Shown: positions 48,989-61,686, counted from the stretch's first letter. The stretch is DNA of 64,000 bases from Diplonema japonicum (GCA_964019335.1 OZ025729.1:62001-126000), one strand, 5' to 3'. The notes: generated by a model not told the origin, from the letters alone. Numbers and translations: made by a program.

Positions 48989-51105
48989 CCAAAATCTGTC
49001 ATGCCTACTGTGCAATGTGGTTAAATCCCTTTCCCTACACTGGGCCGCGGACGAACAAGAGGCATTGTACCCTAGGGCCTCAAGACACGACGAGGAAGGA
49101 CAAAGTATGGCAAACATCCTTGTCGTGTCTTGAGGCACCAATCGAGCTTCATTGTATGTCCTTTTTTTCACTTTATCCTGTTTTCACGTACTTTGAACTC
49201 TCGAGAGGTGGCTTCATCGCTGACGAGTCCCTAGGCCTTTACAAAGCCTCTTGTTGGTTCCGCGGTCCGGTGAAAAGGGACGAAACCGCAGGGTGGAAAC
49301 CATCGAGTTGAATGCGAATGTACTTCACAGTTGACCCAATGGCAAGCTTGTCCTGCACAGGGCAGCATGCCTTGTCCTGTCGGCATGTCGTGGGTGTACT
49401 TCTTATGTCAGAGGTTTTCACGCGATTTGCTCGGTGGTGATGAGTGCCATCGAGAAAAGGGTGATAAAAAACGCCATTTTTTTTTTTTTAGTTTTGTCCA
49501 TTCCGAGGGGAACCGACCCAATACACGGTATGGAACAGCAAAGGTTGAAAGCTGAAAAGATGCTTATGCGAAGCAAACGCCCACCACCACCACCATGGGC
49601 CCCAAGCCGGGATTCACGCAACTAAAAATCCTAAAAGAACTCCAAGCACGACGGAAAGCACTACGCGAGTTGTCACGAACACAGCAAAGCCACTATTTAG
49701 AAAAAGGTCACGGCTCGCTGTCATGGGAGGGCTCCACCATCAGAAAAGGACCAGGATCCCATTTGACCTGGATCTTCGGCTGGTCGTGACGTGGGTCCCT
49801 TACTTGGATTGCCCCTCGGGGGTGGACGCAATCCTGTCAGCGATCGGGTTGCGTTACGGTCCTTTCGTGGACAAGCCGGAGAGTGACGCCAACGCGGGTG
49901 GCCACGAATCCATGAGGATCTGGCACCACCTACGAGTAGCTCGCGACGAGGAAGGCAAATGGTCTAAGGATCAGCTTCCGACGCTGCACAGTTACATGCT
50001 ACGGCTTGAAGCTCTGCTCGTGCTCACGAAGTGCGGCCAGAATTTCCACCACGTTGAGGAGGAGACCAACGTAAAACACAATGTACTTCAAACAGAAGCT
50101 GAAGCTGTGATAGACATGGCTAAGAGCAGTTGGTAAAGCAACCAAAAGGAACGATGGTACATGAGCATCGCCTTCGTATCAAGAGATACCGCAGAGGACA
50201 GATGTGCCGGAACGACGAACCCTCAAGGGAATAAAGGGGGCGTGGACGAATAAAGAACGAACATGATATGGAAGACAGCTAAGGCGTGGCAATACAGAAT
50301 AACTGAAAGCTGATGGCGCAGCTGAGGCACACGCACCAACGCCATTCATGCCCAGGGAAATCACAGAATCCGTGGCATTAAGATCGATAGGTGCACCCAA
50401 ACGATTAAAGAGATACACCGTAAGGCCGAAATTCGCATCCACCGACCCCTTCGTGCCTGGCACAGTCCACCCTTCCCGCAGCCATCCTTCAGCACAGAAG
50501 GGTAGCAACAACCGCTAGCGCGGTTAAGAAGTGCACTTATGAAATTGCAAGTTTCCGTGAACAATAGGAAAATATATTCGAGTTACCGTGGACAGAGGGT
50601 AGCAAACAGGGTACAGAGTTTGGTGGGAAATCCAAAATCTGTCATGCCTACTGTGCAATGTGGTTAAATCCCTTTCCCTACACTGGGCCGCGGACTAACA
50701 ACGGCATTGTACCGCAGGACACGACGAGGCCAATCGAGCTTCATTGCATGTCCTTTTTTTCACTTTATCCTGTTTTTTTCACCTAAAAAGGTGTACTTTG
50801 AACTCTCGAGAGGTGGCTTCATCGCTGACGAGTCCCTAGGCCTTTACAAAGCCTCTTGTTGGTTCCGCGGTCCGGTGGAGAGGGACGAAACCGCATTGCA
50901 ACGCATAATAGCCATCCTGGCAGCATGCCTTGTCGTGGGTGTACTTCTTATGTCAGAGGTTTTCACGCGATTTGCCCAGTGGTGATGAGTGCTATCGAGA
51001 AAAGGGCGATAAAAAACGCTATTTTCTTTTTTAAAGTTTTGTCCATTCCGAGGGGAACCGTGAAAAGATGCTTATGCGAAGCAAACGCCCACCCCCACCA
51101 CCACC
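48989..51105 (+). repeat. Pair of 470-600-bp diverged direct repeats (48989-49595 and 50632-51105)
   Basis: Both start CCAAAATCTGTCATGCCTACTGTGCAATGTGG and end ...GCGAAGCAAACGCCCACC, with reciprocal indels. Confidence 0.8.
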
Positions 51106-51490
51106 TCGCGGAAAAATCCGCCTGACTCCAAAGGGGTTTAAAGAAACCCGGGTTGCACGACCCTTCTCGTTTTTTTTCTCCCCCCCCCCACGCGAAGTTT
51201 GCATCGACTTTTTTTATTTAGGAGAGCGTCTCGCAACGACTTCCTTTTCGCTCACATTTCTGTTTCCCCTTTGCAGCGATAGAAAGTGTAAAGTGTTAAC
51301 CCGTAAGCACTGTTAGATTCGGTTTGACTTTCTCTTGGCAACAAATACTTGTCGTAAGTGAGCCGTTTGGCTCGTCACCTTGATTAATTCCTTCTTGCCA
51401 TTTCTTCTTCTTTTCTAGATGGTTTTGTTTACTCTGTTGTTTGCTTCTCTATGTATATATAAGAACGATCCCCCCCCCCCCCCCCCCCCC

Positions 51491-51673
51491 TAGGGCTATG
51501 CTGGCATGGAAACGCGTTTCCATGCATTTTTTGAAAAAAAGGGAAACGGAAACGGAAACGTTTCCTTATGTTTCCTTAAGAAGGAAGCCGTTTCCATAAG
51601 AATTTTGAAAAGTATGGAAACGGAAACGGGAACGGAAACGGAAACATTTCCACGTTTCCTGCCAGCAAAGCCG
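51491..51673. mobile_element. hAT-like MITE with GGAAAC subterminal repeats
   Basis: TAGGGCTATGCTGGCA ... TGCCAGCAAAGCC with many GGAAAC/GTTTCC units. A matching right end CCTGCCAACATAGCCCTA lies at about 41421-41438. Confidence 0.6.
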
Positions 51674-51907
51674 CCCCCCCCCCCCTCCCCTTCTTTTTTC
51701 AGTTTTCTTCTAGAATTGGCTAGTTTCAAACGAGGGAGGATTTGTTTTACCCCTAAAGATTGCTTTCTGCATACAGCACAACACAAACCCATTTGTGGGT
51801 CTTGCGGAGCACCTGCCTCTCTTCTTATTATCCCCTCTCTTTTTTTTCCCCCTTTCCTTTTGTTTTTCCACAAACTGTAAAGCACACCCAGGTTGAGGGA
51901 GCGGGGG

Positions 51908-54580
51908 ATGCGGCACGGAGCACATGGTTATGTCTCACAAGCTGCCGTCCTTCTCAGCAGTGTGCACCTCGTGGCATCGCTGCCCACAACGTACCAGGAG
52001 GCCCCTGTAGTGGTTGACCAATATGACTGTCTTGATAACCAAGGGTGGTGCAGGTGCACTACGGGGAAGATGCTGACAGGGTTGTACAAAAGTGGCTGCG
52101 CACAACTCTATTGCATTGACAACTACCGCTGTGCGAGGCCTGTCGGCAGCACAGGTGTCGGCGACTGTGTCACCATCAGTGTTGATACACCCCTCGGCAC
52201 GGGGACAAATGGAAAAGCCGTCTGCCCAGCAGGAAAGATGCTCAACGGCATCTACAGAGCCACCTGCGACGACCTCTCTTGCATTGACCAGTTCGAGTGC
52301 TGTGAGTTCACCCACCCTGACGGCACCTATGAGTACGGCGTTGAAGTGTCTGCTGACTGGGACACCTGCTTCGGTTCGTCTACAGGGTGGTGTGATGTCC
52401 CTACCGACACCTACATGGTAGGCATAAGTCGAGGTGCTACCCCCAACGACCTGACGGCCATTGACCTCGGGTGGTACAGGGAGCTGGTCTTTATCCCCAG
52501 AACAGATGCGCCAGACACCCCTGCACCTGACACGCCGGCACCACCTACACCTGCACCTCCTACGCTTGCGCCTCCTACTGGTGCCCCACCCACTTCTTCA
52601 CCTCCCACACAGGCACCTCCTACTCCTGCGCCTCCTACTCCTGCACCTCCCACTTCTGCGCCTCCTACTCAGGCACCTGACACCCCTGCACCTCCAACCC
52701 CTGCACCTCCCACTTCTGCGCCTCCGACAGCAGCACCTCCAACCCCTGCACCTCCCACTCAGGCGCCTCCGACAGCGGCACCTCCCACTCCTGCACCTCC
52801 CACTCAGGCACCTCCCACTCCCGCACCTCCCACTCCTGCACCTCCTACTCTTGCACCTCCCACTCCTGCGCCTCCTACTCTTGCACCTCCCACTCCTGCA
52901 CCTCCTACTCTTGCACCTCCGACTCCTGCGCCCCCTACTTCGGCACCGCCGACCCCCGCGCCCCCTACTCCCGCACCTCCAACACAGGCCCCTCCGACTC
53001 CTGCCCCACCAACATGGGCACCTCTCACACCTGCGCCACCGACACCCGCACCGGACACGCCTGCCCCTGCAACACCCGCGCCAAAGACACCAGCTCCAGG
53101 AACGCCTTCCCCGCCCACGCCTGCACCCGCGACACTTGCTCCCCTGACACCGGCACCCCCTACACCAGCACCCGCGACGACTGCACCGCCCACCTTCCCA
53201 CCTCCCACGGCAGCCCCCGACACGGCTGCGGCACCAACCACGGCACCCGGGACCCCTGCCCCCGAGTTCGACAAGAAGGAGACGATCTCGACGATAGGCG
53301 GGGTGACCGCTGGGGCGGCCTCTCTGGGGGCGGCGGGGAGTGCGGCGGCGGCGACGCGGCTGGTGCTGATCGCGGATGCGTGTCCGAAGAACGGGGTGAA
53401 GCGAAAGTTCCCCTTCCCGCTGCACCCTACGGGGATCTCGATACAGGGGAGCGAGGCGGCGGGGGCTGTGATCGGAAACTTCTCCATCGCGATCGGCTTC
53501 ACGCTCCTGATGAGGGTAGCTCTGGAAGTGTTCCGCAAGGGGGGCAAGCAGTGCTTTCCGGCAATGTTCGAGGGGCTGGACACTCAGGGGTGGCTCCGCT
53601 TCCCCTCTGTCTCCCTGTTCATCTTCCAGTGGCTGTACCAGGGGACCACCCTTGGATCGATGATCCTTCTCATGTACCCCGGGAACGCTCTGCAGTTCAT
53701 ACTGGGCCTCGCATCTCTGGCTGTGTGCGTGGTGGTCCCGCTCCTGGTCTTCCGGGTGGTCGTGAGGGACGTGGGGAGGAAGGCAGTGTACAGCATCGAC
53801 ACGGTGAAGAAGGGGAGGCTGTACGTGGCGCTGTGCGGGCCTGGGGAGTGGGTGTCTGTGGGGTCGGACGTGCACTGGGTGAACAGGTTCGCGTCTGTGA
53901 TGAGGTCGTACACGCAGCGGGCGGCCTGGTTCACTGTGATCGAGTTTGCAGGGTCGTTCAGCTTGGCGGCCTTGGGGACCCTGAACACGGAGTCGTGGGT
54001 TGGGTGCGGACACGTGAAGGTTGCGATGTGCATGGTGTTTGCCACGATGGCGGGGCTGGAGGGGGCCTTGTGGCCGCATGCTCGGGCGAAGGACAACATC
54101 GCAGACTTCATTCTTCTCGGGACGGAGGGGGCCGCCTTGCTCCTCATGGCGGGTGGCTTCTACAAGGAGAAGGACATCGGGGACGACCAGCTCCACGACA
54201 TCGCGGAGAGGCTCTTCCTCGTCTCGGGGGTCTTCCTCCTTGTGAAGGCTGTCACCGACCTCCTCACAGAGGCCTTCATTCTTGTCACTGGCCGCAGGGC
54301 TCGCTTGCAAGCTGATGCCTGGGGCATCGGCAGGGACAAGGAAGAGGCTCTGGTTGCATGCTCGGACCTCGGGGAAGACAGCGAGCTGGAAATGTCAGCG
54401 GTTCAGGACACACAGCAGCCCACCAGCTCCGCCTCCCCGCTGTCGACCAAGCCGCACACTGGGTCCACTCCTTATTCTCTGACCGCAATCTCAAATTCAA
54501 CTGGCAACACGGCCAGCTTCAACAGCCACCAAGCAGCCGCAAAGCGTGAGCTCGCTCTCATGAAAAGCGCAAAAATATAA
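51908..54580 (+). CDS. Receptor family member R6 (head / PPT(P)A stalk / about 7-TM / tail)
   Basis: First ATG 51908. Shorter Pro-richer stalk. The TM module is identical to R1-R4 in patches. The tail ends [17 protein letters not shown]. Confidence 0.87.
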   Translation: MRHGAHGYVSQAAVLLSSVHLVASLPTTYQEAPVVVDQYDCLDNQGWCRCTTGKMLTGLYKSGCAQLYCIDNYRCARPVGSTGVGDCVTISVDTPLGTGTNGKAVCPAGKMLNGIYRATCDDLSCIDQFECCEFTHPDGTYEYGVEVSADWDTCFGSSTGWCDVPTDTYMVGISRGATPNDLTAIDLGWYRELVFIPRTDAPDTPAPDTPAPPTPAPPTLAPPTGAPPTSSPPTQAPPTPAPPTPAPPTSAPPTQAPDTPAPPTPAPPTSAPPTAAPPTPAPPTQAPPTAAPPTPAPPTQAPPTPAPPTPAPPTLAPPTPAPPTLAPPTPAPPTLAPPTPAPPTSAPPTPAPPTPAPPTQAPPTPAPPTWAPLTPAPPTPAPDTPAPATPAPKTPAPGTPSPPTPAPATLAPLTPAPPTPAPATTAPPTFPPPTAAPDTAAAPTTAPGTPAPEFDKKETISTIGGVTAGAASLGAAGSAAAATRLVLIADACPKNGVKRKFPFPLHPTGISIQGSEAAGAVIGNFSIAIGFTLLMRVALEVFRKGGKQCFPAMFEGLDTQGWLRFPSVSLFIFQWLYQGTTLGSMILLMYPGNALQFILGLASLAVCVVVPLLVFRVVVRDVGRKAVYSIDTVKKGRLYVALCGPGEWVSVGSDVHWVNRFASVMRSYTQRAAWFTVIEFAGSFSLAALGTLNTESWVGCGHVKVAMCMVFATMAGLEGALWPHARAKDNIADFILLGTEGAALLLMAGGFYKEKDIGDDQLHDIAERLFLVSGVFLLVKAVTDLLTEAFILVTGRRARLQADAWGIGRDKEEALVACSDLGEDSELEMSAVQDTQQPTSSASPLSTKPHTGSTPYSLTAISNSTGNTASFNSHQAAAKRELALMKSAKI

Positions 54581-54992
54581 GAACTATCTTTTCCCTTTTC
54601 TTTCTTTCTTTCGTCCGACACCTTCGTGCCCGACAACAGAGCACAGCAACCTGCTAGGTTGCAGCACGCCCTACCCGTCGTCACCAACACCCAAGCGGAA
54701 AGAGGTAGTTCACACGGCAGGGGGTTTAAGAAGCAACCAAACTTATTCTTCGTTTCTTTCTTTTTTTTCGTTTTGGTGGATTCTATTGTCAAGACGAAAG
54801 ATGAAATGTTTCGTTTCTTCCGCCCTTTTTTTTTCTTTTTTTTTTTAAAGTATTGATAAGATAAGGATAAAGTGTATAAGCTTCTCGCGTGTGGGCACCA
54901 GAAAGAAGGGAGGGCACAAACTGGCAACCCTTTTTGTGAAGTTCCCATCGGTGTGACGAGTTCGAGAAATTCTCAGGTTGTACCATTCCCGG

Positions 54993-55032
<40 letters not shown>

Positions 55033-55161
55033 AAGGGCCGATTTTTTGCACTTTAATTTAAGAAATTTAACAGTTGTAGGGAAAAAAAACGAAAAAAAAA
55101 GAAATAAAAGTGTGTATGAACTAATCCCCTTAAAAAAACGCTTAAAAGTGCAATGCAAAGG

Positions 55162-55192
<31 letters not shown>

Positions 55193-55340
55193 TACATGTT
55201 CCAGCCATATTGCGGATTTATTGCAAAAAAAACCAGTTTTTTCTTCTTTTTTTTTTCTCCCCCCCTTTTTTTTAAAAAAACGAGGCAGAATGGAATAAGA
55301 ACTGCTTACGGGAAAAAAAAAAAGAAGAAAAAAAAAGGGC

Positions 55341-55374
<34 letters not shown>

Positions 55375-55749
55375 CTTTATTGGTTGGATTTTGGACATTC
55401 TTGGCACAGTACATAGTAATCACAAAATCAGATTAAATTCCATCGTCCTTCTCAACGCCAATGCCCCCTTCTTCTTTTTCTTTTTTTTTTTGTAACAAGT
55501 AGACCGGGCTTGTAGCAGAGCGCTACCAAACACGGGCCTCCTTTATCTCTTCTGTATTTTCTTCTGTTTTCAAACTTGCATTCAGCCTTCCTTTAATTTC
55601 TGTGAGGTAGCTTTGAACCACCCCCCCCCCCCCCCCCTTCTTTTTAACTTTCAAACTAAACGGAATAGAAATAACGTACTTTTGAAAGTCTATTTTATTT
55701 TTTATTTTTTATTTTTATATTACAATGGGGCAGCAGGACCTTTGGCCGG

Positions 55750-55997
55750 GTCAAGGTGCGTAACGACACCTCCCCTTAAGCGAGTCATTTCAGGGAAGTC
55801 TGTGTCAGGGTGACGGGTGCCTCGGCCTCGGGAGAGACAAGAATTAGGCAAAAAAACCTTACCTTGACACAAATATACATCTCAAAAATAGGATAGCACG
55901 GGTCGCATTTGGCTTCGGCAAAAAGAAAAGGATGCACGCTACCGCGAGGAAACGGGGACCAGGCACACCGTCGAAGAGGTGGCGCCGTCACCTTGAC
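55750..55997. mobile_element. Possible MITE with imperfect TIRs
   Basis: GTCAAGGTG...CACCTC pairs with GAGGTG...CACCTTGAC, and inner GACGGGTGCCT pairs with AGGCACACCGTC. No TSD seen. Confidence 0.35.
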
Positions 55998-56214
55998 GTT
56001 GATGGATCGCTTTTTTTTTTTCTTTTTTTTTTTTTTTCTCTTTTTTCTCCAACGTCATACCTATTCTGTTTTTGAACTTGCTCCGCTTTCCCTTTTTCAT
56101 CTGTGGGAAAGCTTTTTTTTTCTTTTTTTTTTTTTTTTTTTGTTACAAATATTTATCTTTCAAAAAATGATTTTATAACTATATGCGCAAAAAACCTTCG
56201 CAGCTTTTTAAAAA

Positions 56215-56249
<35 letters not shown>

Positions 56250-56731
56250 AACGTGCGAACAACAAAGCAAAAAGTAAAATGCTGCCGAAGACTGCCACAG
56301 CGGCGAACAACAAGACATATAGTCATATAGTCAGAATTATTTTTCTCCCGAACCAAAAAGAAAAAAAAAAAAAAAAAAAAAAAATTCTGTTTGTTTCCGC
56401 TTTGCATTATGTTTGTTTCTTCCCTTTCTTTTTTCTTCTAGTCACATTCCCCCCCTCCCCCTACTATCTGAAGATGGAAAGATTTCTCTAGTCTCTGAGA
56501 GGTTTTTTAAAAAAAGAAAAGAATGGCATAGCGGATATACAGTTTGTTTCTTTGTATTGATGAGCTCAGAATATTGGTTAACCAGGTCCCCAGCTGGGGT
56601 TGAGCTGCATTAAGGACACGATGCCCCCTCCCTCCTGAGTGCAATAATGAAAAGGAATACAGTATGTCTCTCTTTTTTTTTCTCTTCTTTTTTTTTGATG
56701 AACAGAAATGTTGGTAATACCTTTTCCTTTT

Positions 56732-56781
<50 letters not shown>

Positions 56782-57907
56782 GAGGAGGATAATAAAAACA
56801 AAAAAAAAAAAAAAAAAAAAAAAACAAAAAACTTACTTACTTACTTACCCTCCAAAAATGAGCGGTACTTCAAAAGAAAAACTAGAGTGAATGGGTGGAA
56901 TATTTATGATTCATCATTTGCTGGTATTTACCAGGGGCAAGAAGAAAAAAGAAAAAAAAAGGGGTGCTTGTAACCCTTTCCGCACAAAGACAACCCATCG
57001 GTTCCTTTGTTCTCTTCTTCTTTCGCCAAATTTACACATTCTCTTCTTTTTTCTTTTTTTTTTTTTTTTTTTTTTTGCACAATCATCTTTGAAAAAAAAA
57101 AAAGAAAAAAAAAAAAACGGGATTTTTATCTTGACAAAAATAACTACGCCGAAATTATTAGGCAGTTTACACATTTGTTGGGTTCTGCTATTTTCTTTTT
57201 TTTTTCTCTTTTTTTTTCTCTTTTTTCTTTTCTGAAAAAGATCATTAATACCAGTGACACAGTAGCGAAACAATAAACAAAAAGGCAATAAAATCTCTTT
57301 TATTAGAGAAACTTTACTTTTAGTAAAGGCTGTGTTTTTGTTTTTTTGTTTTTTTGTTTTTTTTTTTTAGCGGGCCGTTGTTAACCACTTCGTTCCTATC
57401 ATAATGAATTTTCTTTCTTTTTTTTTGTTTTGTTTTTGTTTTGTTTTTATTTTCTGTTTTCATCGGCCATTTCTTCTTCTTTTCTAGACGGTTATATTTA
57501 CTCTGTTGTTTCGTCTCCTGCAGAATGTACATCGCCACCTGTTGTCTATGTATATCGTTATTACGAAACGAGCTCTATCTGCGGCCCAAAAGAACGATCC
57601 CCCACTTCCCCCCCCCTTCTTTTTTTTCAGTGTGTTTTTTTTTTCTTTCTTCTCGCAAACTCCGCAAACCTCGCGCGCCACCATCACCAGTAATAATTCC
57701 CTTGGCACGAAAGAAGAACGAGATTATTACTTTTTTGCGACATTTGTTTTTGTTCTTCTGGCCCTGTCTGTGGTATGAAAAAGCACAAACGAACGAATAC
57801 ATAGTAGTAAATGAGCAGCAGCGGCTGGCCAATCAAAAGTCAAAAGGGGGCGGGCCCTTTTTTTTCCCCACAAACTGTAAGGCACACCCAGGTTGAGGGA
57901 GCGGGGG

Positions 57908-60583
57908 ATGCGGCACGGAGCCCATGGTTATGTCTCACAAGCTGCCGTCCTTCTCAGCAGTGTGCACCTCGTGGCATCGCTGCCCACAACGTACCAGGAG
58001 GCCCCTGATGTGGCCGACCATTATGACTGTCTTGATAACCAAGGGTGGTGCAGGTGCACTACGGGGAAGATGCTGACAGGGTTGTACAAAGGCTACTGTG
58101 ACGATCTACATTGTCTGGAGCAGTACCACTGTGCGAGGCCTGTCGGCAGCACAGGTGTCGGGAGCTGTGTTGTCACCAGTGTTGATGCAGCCCTTAATGA
58201 CAACGGGACTGGTGGGAAAGCTGTCTGCCCAGCAGGAAAGATGCTCAACGGCATCTACAGAGCCACCTGCGACTCCCTCTCTTGCATTGACCAGTTCGAG
58301 TGCTGTGAGTTCACCCACCCTGACGGCACCTATGAGTACGGCGCTGAAGTGTCTGCTGACTGGGACACCTGCTTCGATTCGCAAGGCATATGGTGTGATG
58401 TCCCTACCGACACCTACATGGTAGGCATAAGTCGAGGTGCTACCCCCAACGACCTGACGGCCATTGACCTCGGGTGGTACAGGGAGCTGGTCTTTATCCC
58501 CAGAACAGATGCGCCAGACACCCCTGCACCTGACACGCCGGCACCACCTACACCTGCACCTCCTACGCTTGCGCCTCCTACTGGTGCCCCACCCACTTCT
58601 TCACCTCCCACACAGGCACCTCCTACTCCTGCGCCTCCTACTCCTGCACCTCCCACTTCTGCGCCTCCTACTCAGGCACCTGACACCCCTGCACCTCCAA
58701 CCCCTGCACCTCCCACTTCTGCGCCTCCGACAGCAGCACCTCCAACCCCTGCACCTCCCACTCAGGCGCCTCCGACAGCGGCACCTCCCACTCCTGCACC
58801 TCCCACTCAGGCACCTCCCACTCCCGCACCTCCCACTCCTGCACCTCCTACTCTTGCACCTCCCACTCCTGCGCCTCCTACTCTTGCACCTCCCACTCCT
58901 GCACCTCCTACTCTTGCACCTCCGACTCCTGCGCCCCCTACTTCGGCACCGCCGACCCCCGCGCCCCCTACTCCCGCACCTCCAACACAGGCCCCTCCGA
59001 CTCCTGCCCCACCAACATGGGCACCTCTCACACCTGCGCCACCGACACCCGCACCGGACACGCCTGCCCCTGCAACACCCGCGCCAAAGACACCAGCTCC
59101 AGGAACGCCTTCCCCGCCCACGCCTGCACCCGCGACACTTGCTCCCCTGACACCGGCACCCCCTACACCAGCACCCGCGACGACTGCACCGCCCACCTTC
59201 CCACCTCCCACGGCAGCCCCCGACACGGCTGCGGCACCAACCACGGCACCCGGGACCCCTGCCCCCGAGTTCGACAAGAAGGAGACGATCTCGACGATAG
59301 GCGGGGTGACCGCTGGGGCGGCCTCTCTGGGGGCGGCGGGGAGTGCGGCGGCGGCGACGCGGCTGGTGCTGATCGCGGATGCGTGTCCGAAGAACGGGGT
59401 GAAGCGAAAGTTCCCCTTCCCGCTGCACCCTACGGGGATCTCGATACAGGGGAGCGAGGCGGCGGGGGCTGTGATCGGAAACTTCTCCATCGCGATCGGC
59501 TTCACGCTCCTGATGAGGGTAGCTCTGGAAGTGTTCCGCAAGGGGGGCAAGCAGTGCTTTCCGGCAATGTTCGAGGGGCTGGACACTCAGGGGTGGCTCC
59601 GCTTCCCCTCTGTCTCCCTGTTCATCTTCCAGTGGCTGTACCAGGGGACCACCCTTGGATCGATGATCCTTCTCATGTACCCCGGGAACGCTCTGCAGTT
59701 CATACTGGGCCTCGCATCTCTGGCTGTGTGCGTGGTGGTCCCGCTCCTGGTCTTCCGGGTGGTCGTGAGGGACGTGGGGAGGAAGGCAGTGTACAGCATC
59801 GACACGGTGAAGAAGGGGAGGCTGTACGTGGCGCTGTGCGGGCCTGGGGAGTGGGTGTCTGTGGGGTCGGACGTGCACTGGGTGAACAGGTTCGCGTCTG
59901 TGATGAGGTCGTACACGCAGCGGGCGGCCTGGTTCACTGTGATCGAGTTTGCAGGGTCGTTCAGCTTGGCGGCCTTGGGGACCCTGAACACGGAGTCGTG
60001 GGTTGGGTGCGGACACGTGAAGGTTGCGATGTGCATGGTGTTTGCCACGATGGCGGGGCTGGAGGGGGCCTTGTGGCCGCATGCTCGGGCGAAGGACAAC
60101 ATCGCAGACTTCATTCTTCTCGGGACGGAGGGGGCCGCCTTGCTCCTCATGGCGGGTGGCTTCTACAAGGAGAAGGACATCGGGGACGACCAGCTCCACG
60201 ACATCGCGGAGAGGCTCTTCCTCGTCTCGGGGGTCTTCCTCCTTGTGAAGGCTGTCACCGACCTCCTCACAGAGGCCTTCATTCTTGTCACTGGCCGCAG
60301 GGCTCGCTTGCAAGCTGATGCCTGGGGCATCGGCAGGGACAAGGAAGAGGCTCTGGTTGCATGCTCGGACCTCGGGGAAGACAGCGAGCTGGAAATGTCA
60401 GCGGTTCAGGACACACAGCAGCCCACCAGCTCCGCCTCCCCGCTGTCGACCAAGCCGCACACTGGGTCCACTCCTTATTCTCTGACCGCAATCTCAAATT
60501 CAACTGGCAACACGGCCAGCTTCAACAGCCACCAAGCAGCCGCAAAGCGTGAGCTCGCTCTCATGAAAAGCGCAAAAATATAA
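57908..60583 (+). CDS. Receptor family member R7 (near twin of R6 with a different head)
   Basis: Appears identical to R6 from about 58391 to the stop codon plus 7 nt (offset 6003). Within the CDS, differences are confined to the head apart from one silent change in the leader. Confidence 0.87.
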   Translation: MRHGAHGYVSQAAVLLSSVHLVASLPTTYQEAPDVADHYDCLDNQGWCRCTTGKMLTGLYKGYCDDLHCLEQYHCARPVGSTGVGSCVVTSVDAALNDNGTGGKAVCPAGKMLNGIYRATCDSLSCIDQFECCEFTHPDGTYEYGAEVSADWDTCFDSQGIWCDVPTDTYMVGISRGATPNDLTAIDLGWYRELVFIPRTDAPDTPAPDTPAPPTPAPPTLAPPTGAPPTSSPPTQAPPTPAPPTPAPPTSAPPTQAPDTPAPPTPAPPTSAPPTAAPPTPAPPTQAPPTAAPPTPAPPTQAPPTPAPPTPAPPTLAPPTPAPPTLAPPTPAPPTLAPPTPAPPTSAPPTPAPPTPAPPTQAPPTPAPPTWAPLTPAPPTPAPDTPAPATPAPKTPAPGTPSPPTPAPATLAPLTPAPPTPAPATTAPPTFPPPTAAPDTAAAPTTAPGTPAPEFDKKETISTIGGVTAGAASLGAAGSAAAATRLVLIADACPKNGVKRKFPFPLHPTGISIQGSEAAGAVIGNFSIAIGFTLLMRVALEVFRKGGKQCFPAMFEGLDTQGWLRFPSVSLFIFQWLYQGTTLGSMILLMYPGNALQFILGLASLAVCVVVPLLVFRVVVRDVGRKAVYSIDTVKKGRLYVALCGPGEWVSVGSDVHWVNRFASVMRSYTQRAAWFTVIEFAGSFSLAALGTLNTESWVGCGHVKVAMCMVFATMAGLEGALWPHARAKDNIADFILLGTEGAALLLMAGGFYKEKDIGDDQLHDIAERLFLVSGVFLLVKAVTDLLTEAFILVTGRRARLQADAWGIGRDKEEALVACSDLGEDSELEMSAVQDTQQPTSSASPLSTKPHTGSTPYSLTAISNSTGNTASFNSHQAAAKRELALMKSAKI

Positions 60584-61073
60584 GAACTATTTTTGCATAG
60601 GTTTCCTGCGTCCTTGTCCCAAGTGCCAAGAGATGTGCAGTCCTGTGTGTTCCTCAGTGCGTATTTTTAGAAGGAAAAAAAAAAAAAAAAAAAAAGGAAG
60701 CAAAAATAAAGACGTTTTGAACTTAAGAATGCGTTAGATGCCCTTCTTCTTTTTTTTTTTCTCCCCTCTCTTCTTCTTATCAATACTGAGGACAACCGCC
60801 GGACAAGAACGGCAACAACAGAAATCTCGTAACTTGCAGAATAAATGTCTGTTTTAAATGCTATCTTCGCAATTATGTATCTCCCCCCCCCTTTTTTTTT
60901 CTCTTATTCTAGAAATGGGAACTTTTCTTTTTATTATAATTTTTATACTAAACTGTGAAACACAACCAAGTCTGGAAGGAAATATCCCCCCTTCCCCCCA
61001 TAACACTGCGGTACCCAAAGAATAGGCTTTTTTTTTTGTTTTGCTTTCAACAGTTTTTTTTTAGATGTTGAAA

Positions 61074-61107
<34 letters not shown>

Positions 61108-61331
61108 AAAATTAGTAGTTTGAGGAGCGAAGTGTAATAAGGTAGGAGTGGGGGGGGGGTGAATTTTTTTCTTTAAAGATAAATTTGCTTTTCTCTTTTT
61201 TTTCATTGCACGCTTAACGCCACTTAGTGTTGCAATCAAAGCCATTTTTTTTTTTAAATTAAAATCACTATGACAAAAAAAAAAAAAAAAAAAGGCAAAT
61301 AATTATCAAAAAAGAAAAACTTTTTTTTTTT

Positions 61332-61590
61332 GGCGCTTCATTCGTCTGTGAGCACGGTTGTCCGATCGGACAGTGCCGTGATGCTACCACTGGATGGATT
61401 ATGGCTGAACGCCTCTAAGCCAGAACCCAGTCTAGAGAGATACGTGACTAGTCAGGATACAACGGATTTATCGGGCCACAACTAGCTTCGGCGAACGGCT
61501 ATTTCCAAATTCACATCCAGATCCAGTATCCCCAACCGGGACCGGCGGGCGTTCGAGGAGCCTTGTTGAGCACGAGCGGTATTTTTACCC
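61332..61590 (+). rRNA. Isolated LSU (28S-type) rRNA 3' fragment, probably a pseudogene
   Basis: CGGTTGTCCGATCGGACAGTGCCGTGATGCTACCA...GGATTATGGCTGAACGCCTCTAAGCCAGAA matches eukaryotic LSU domain VI just downstream of the sarcin-ricin loop. GAGGAGCCTTGTTG matches the terminal helix region. No other rDNA lies nearby. Confidence 0.8.
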
Positions 61591-61686
61591 AATAAGATCG
61601 ACCGCATCACGCTGCCAACTAGTATTTCCCCCTTTTTTTTTTCCCTCTATCCTGTTTTCTATTTTTTTTTCTTCTTCTTTTTTTTT

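Noticed and set aside
51893-57893. Exactly 6000-bp spacing of R6 and R7 starts
   Set aside because: The intervening DNA is non-repetitive and indel-rich, and the 3' offset is 6003, so this is coincidence.
61332-61590. Functional rDNA unit
   Set aside because: Only a short 3' LSU piece is present, without the sarcin-ricin loop or neighbouring rRNA sequence.
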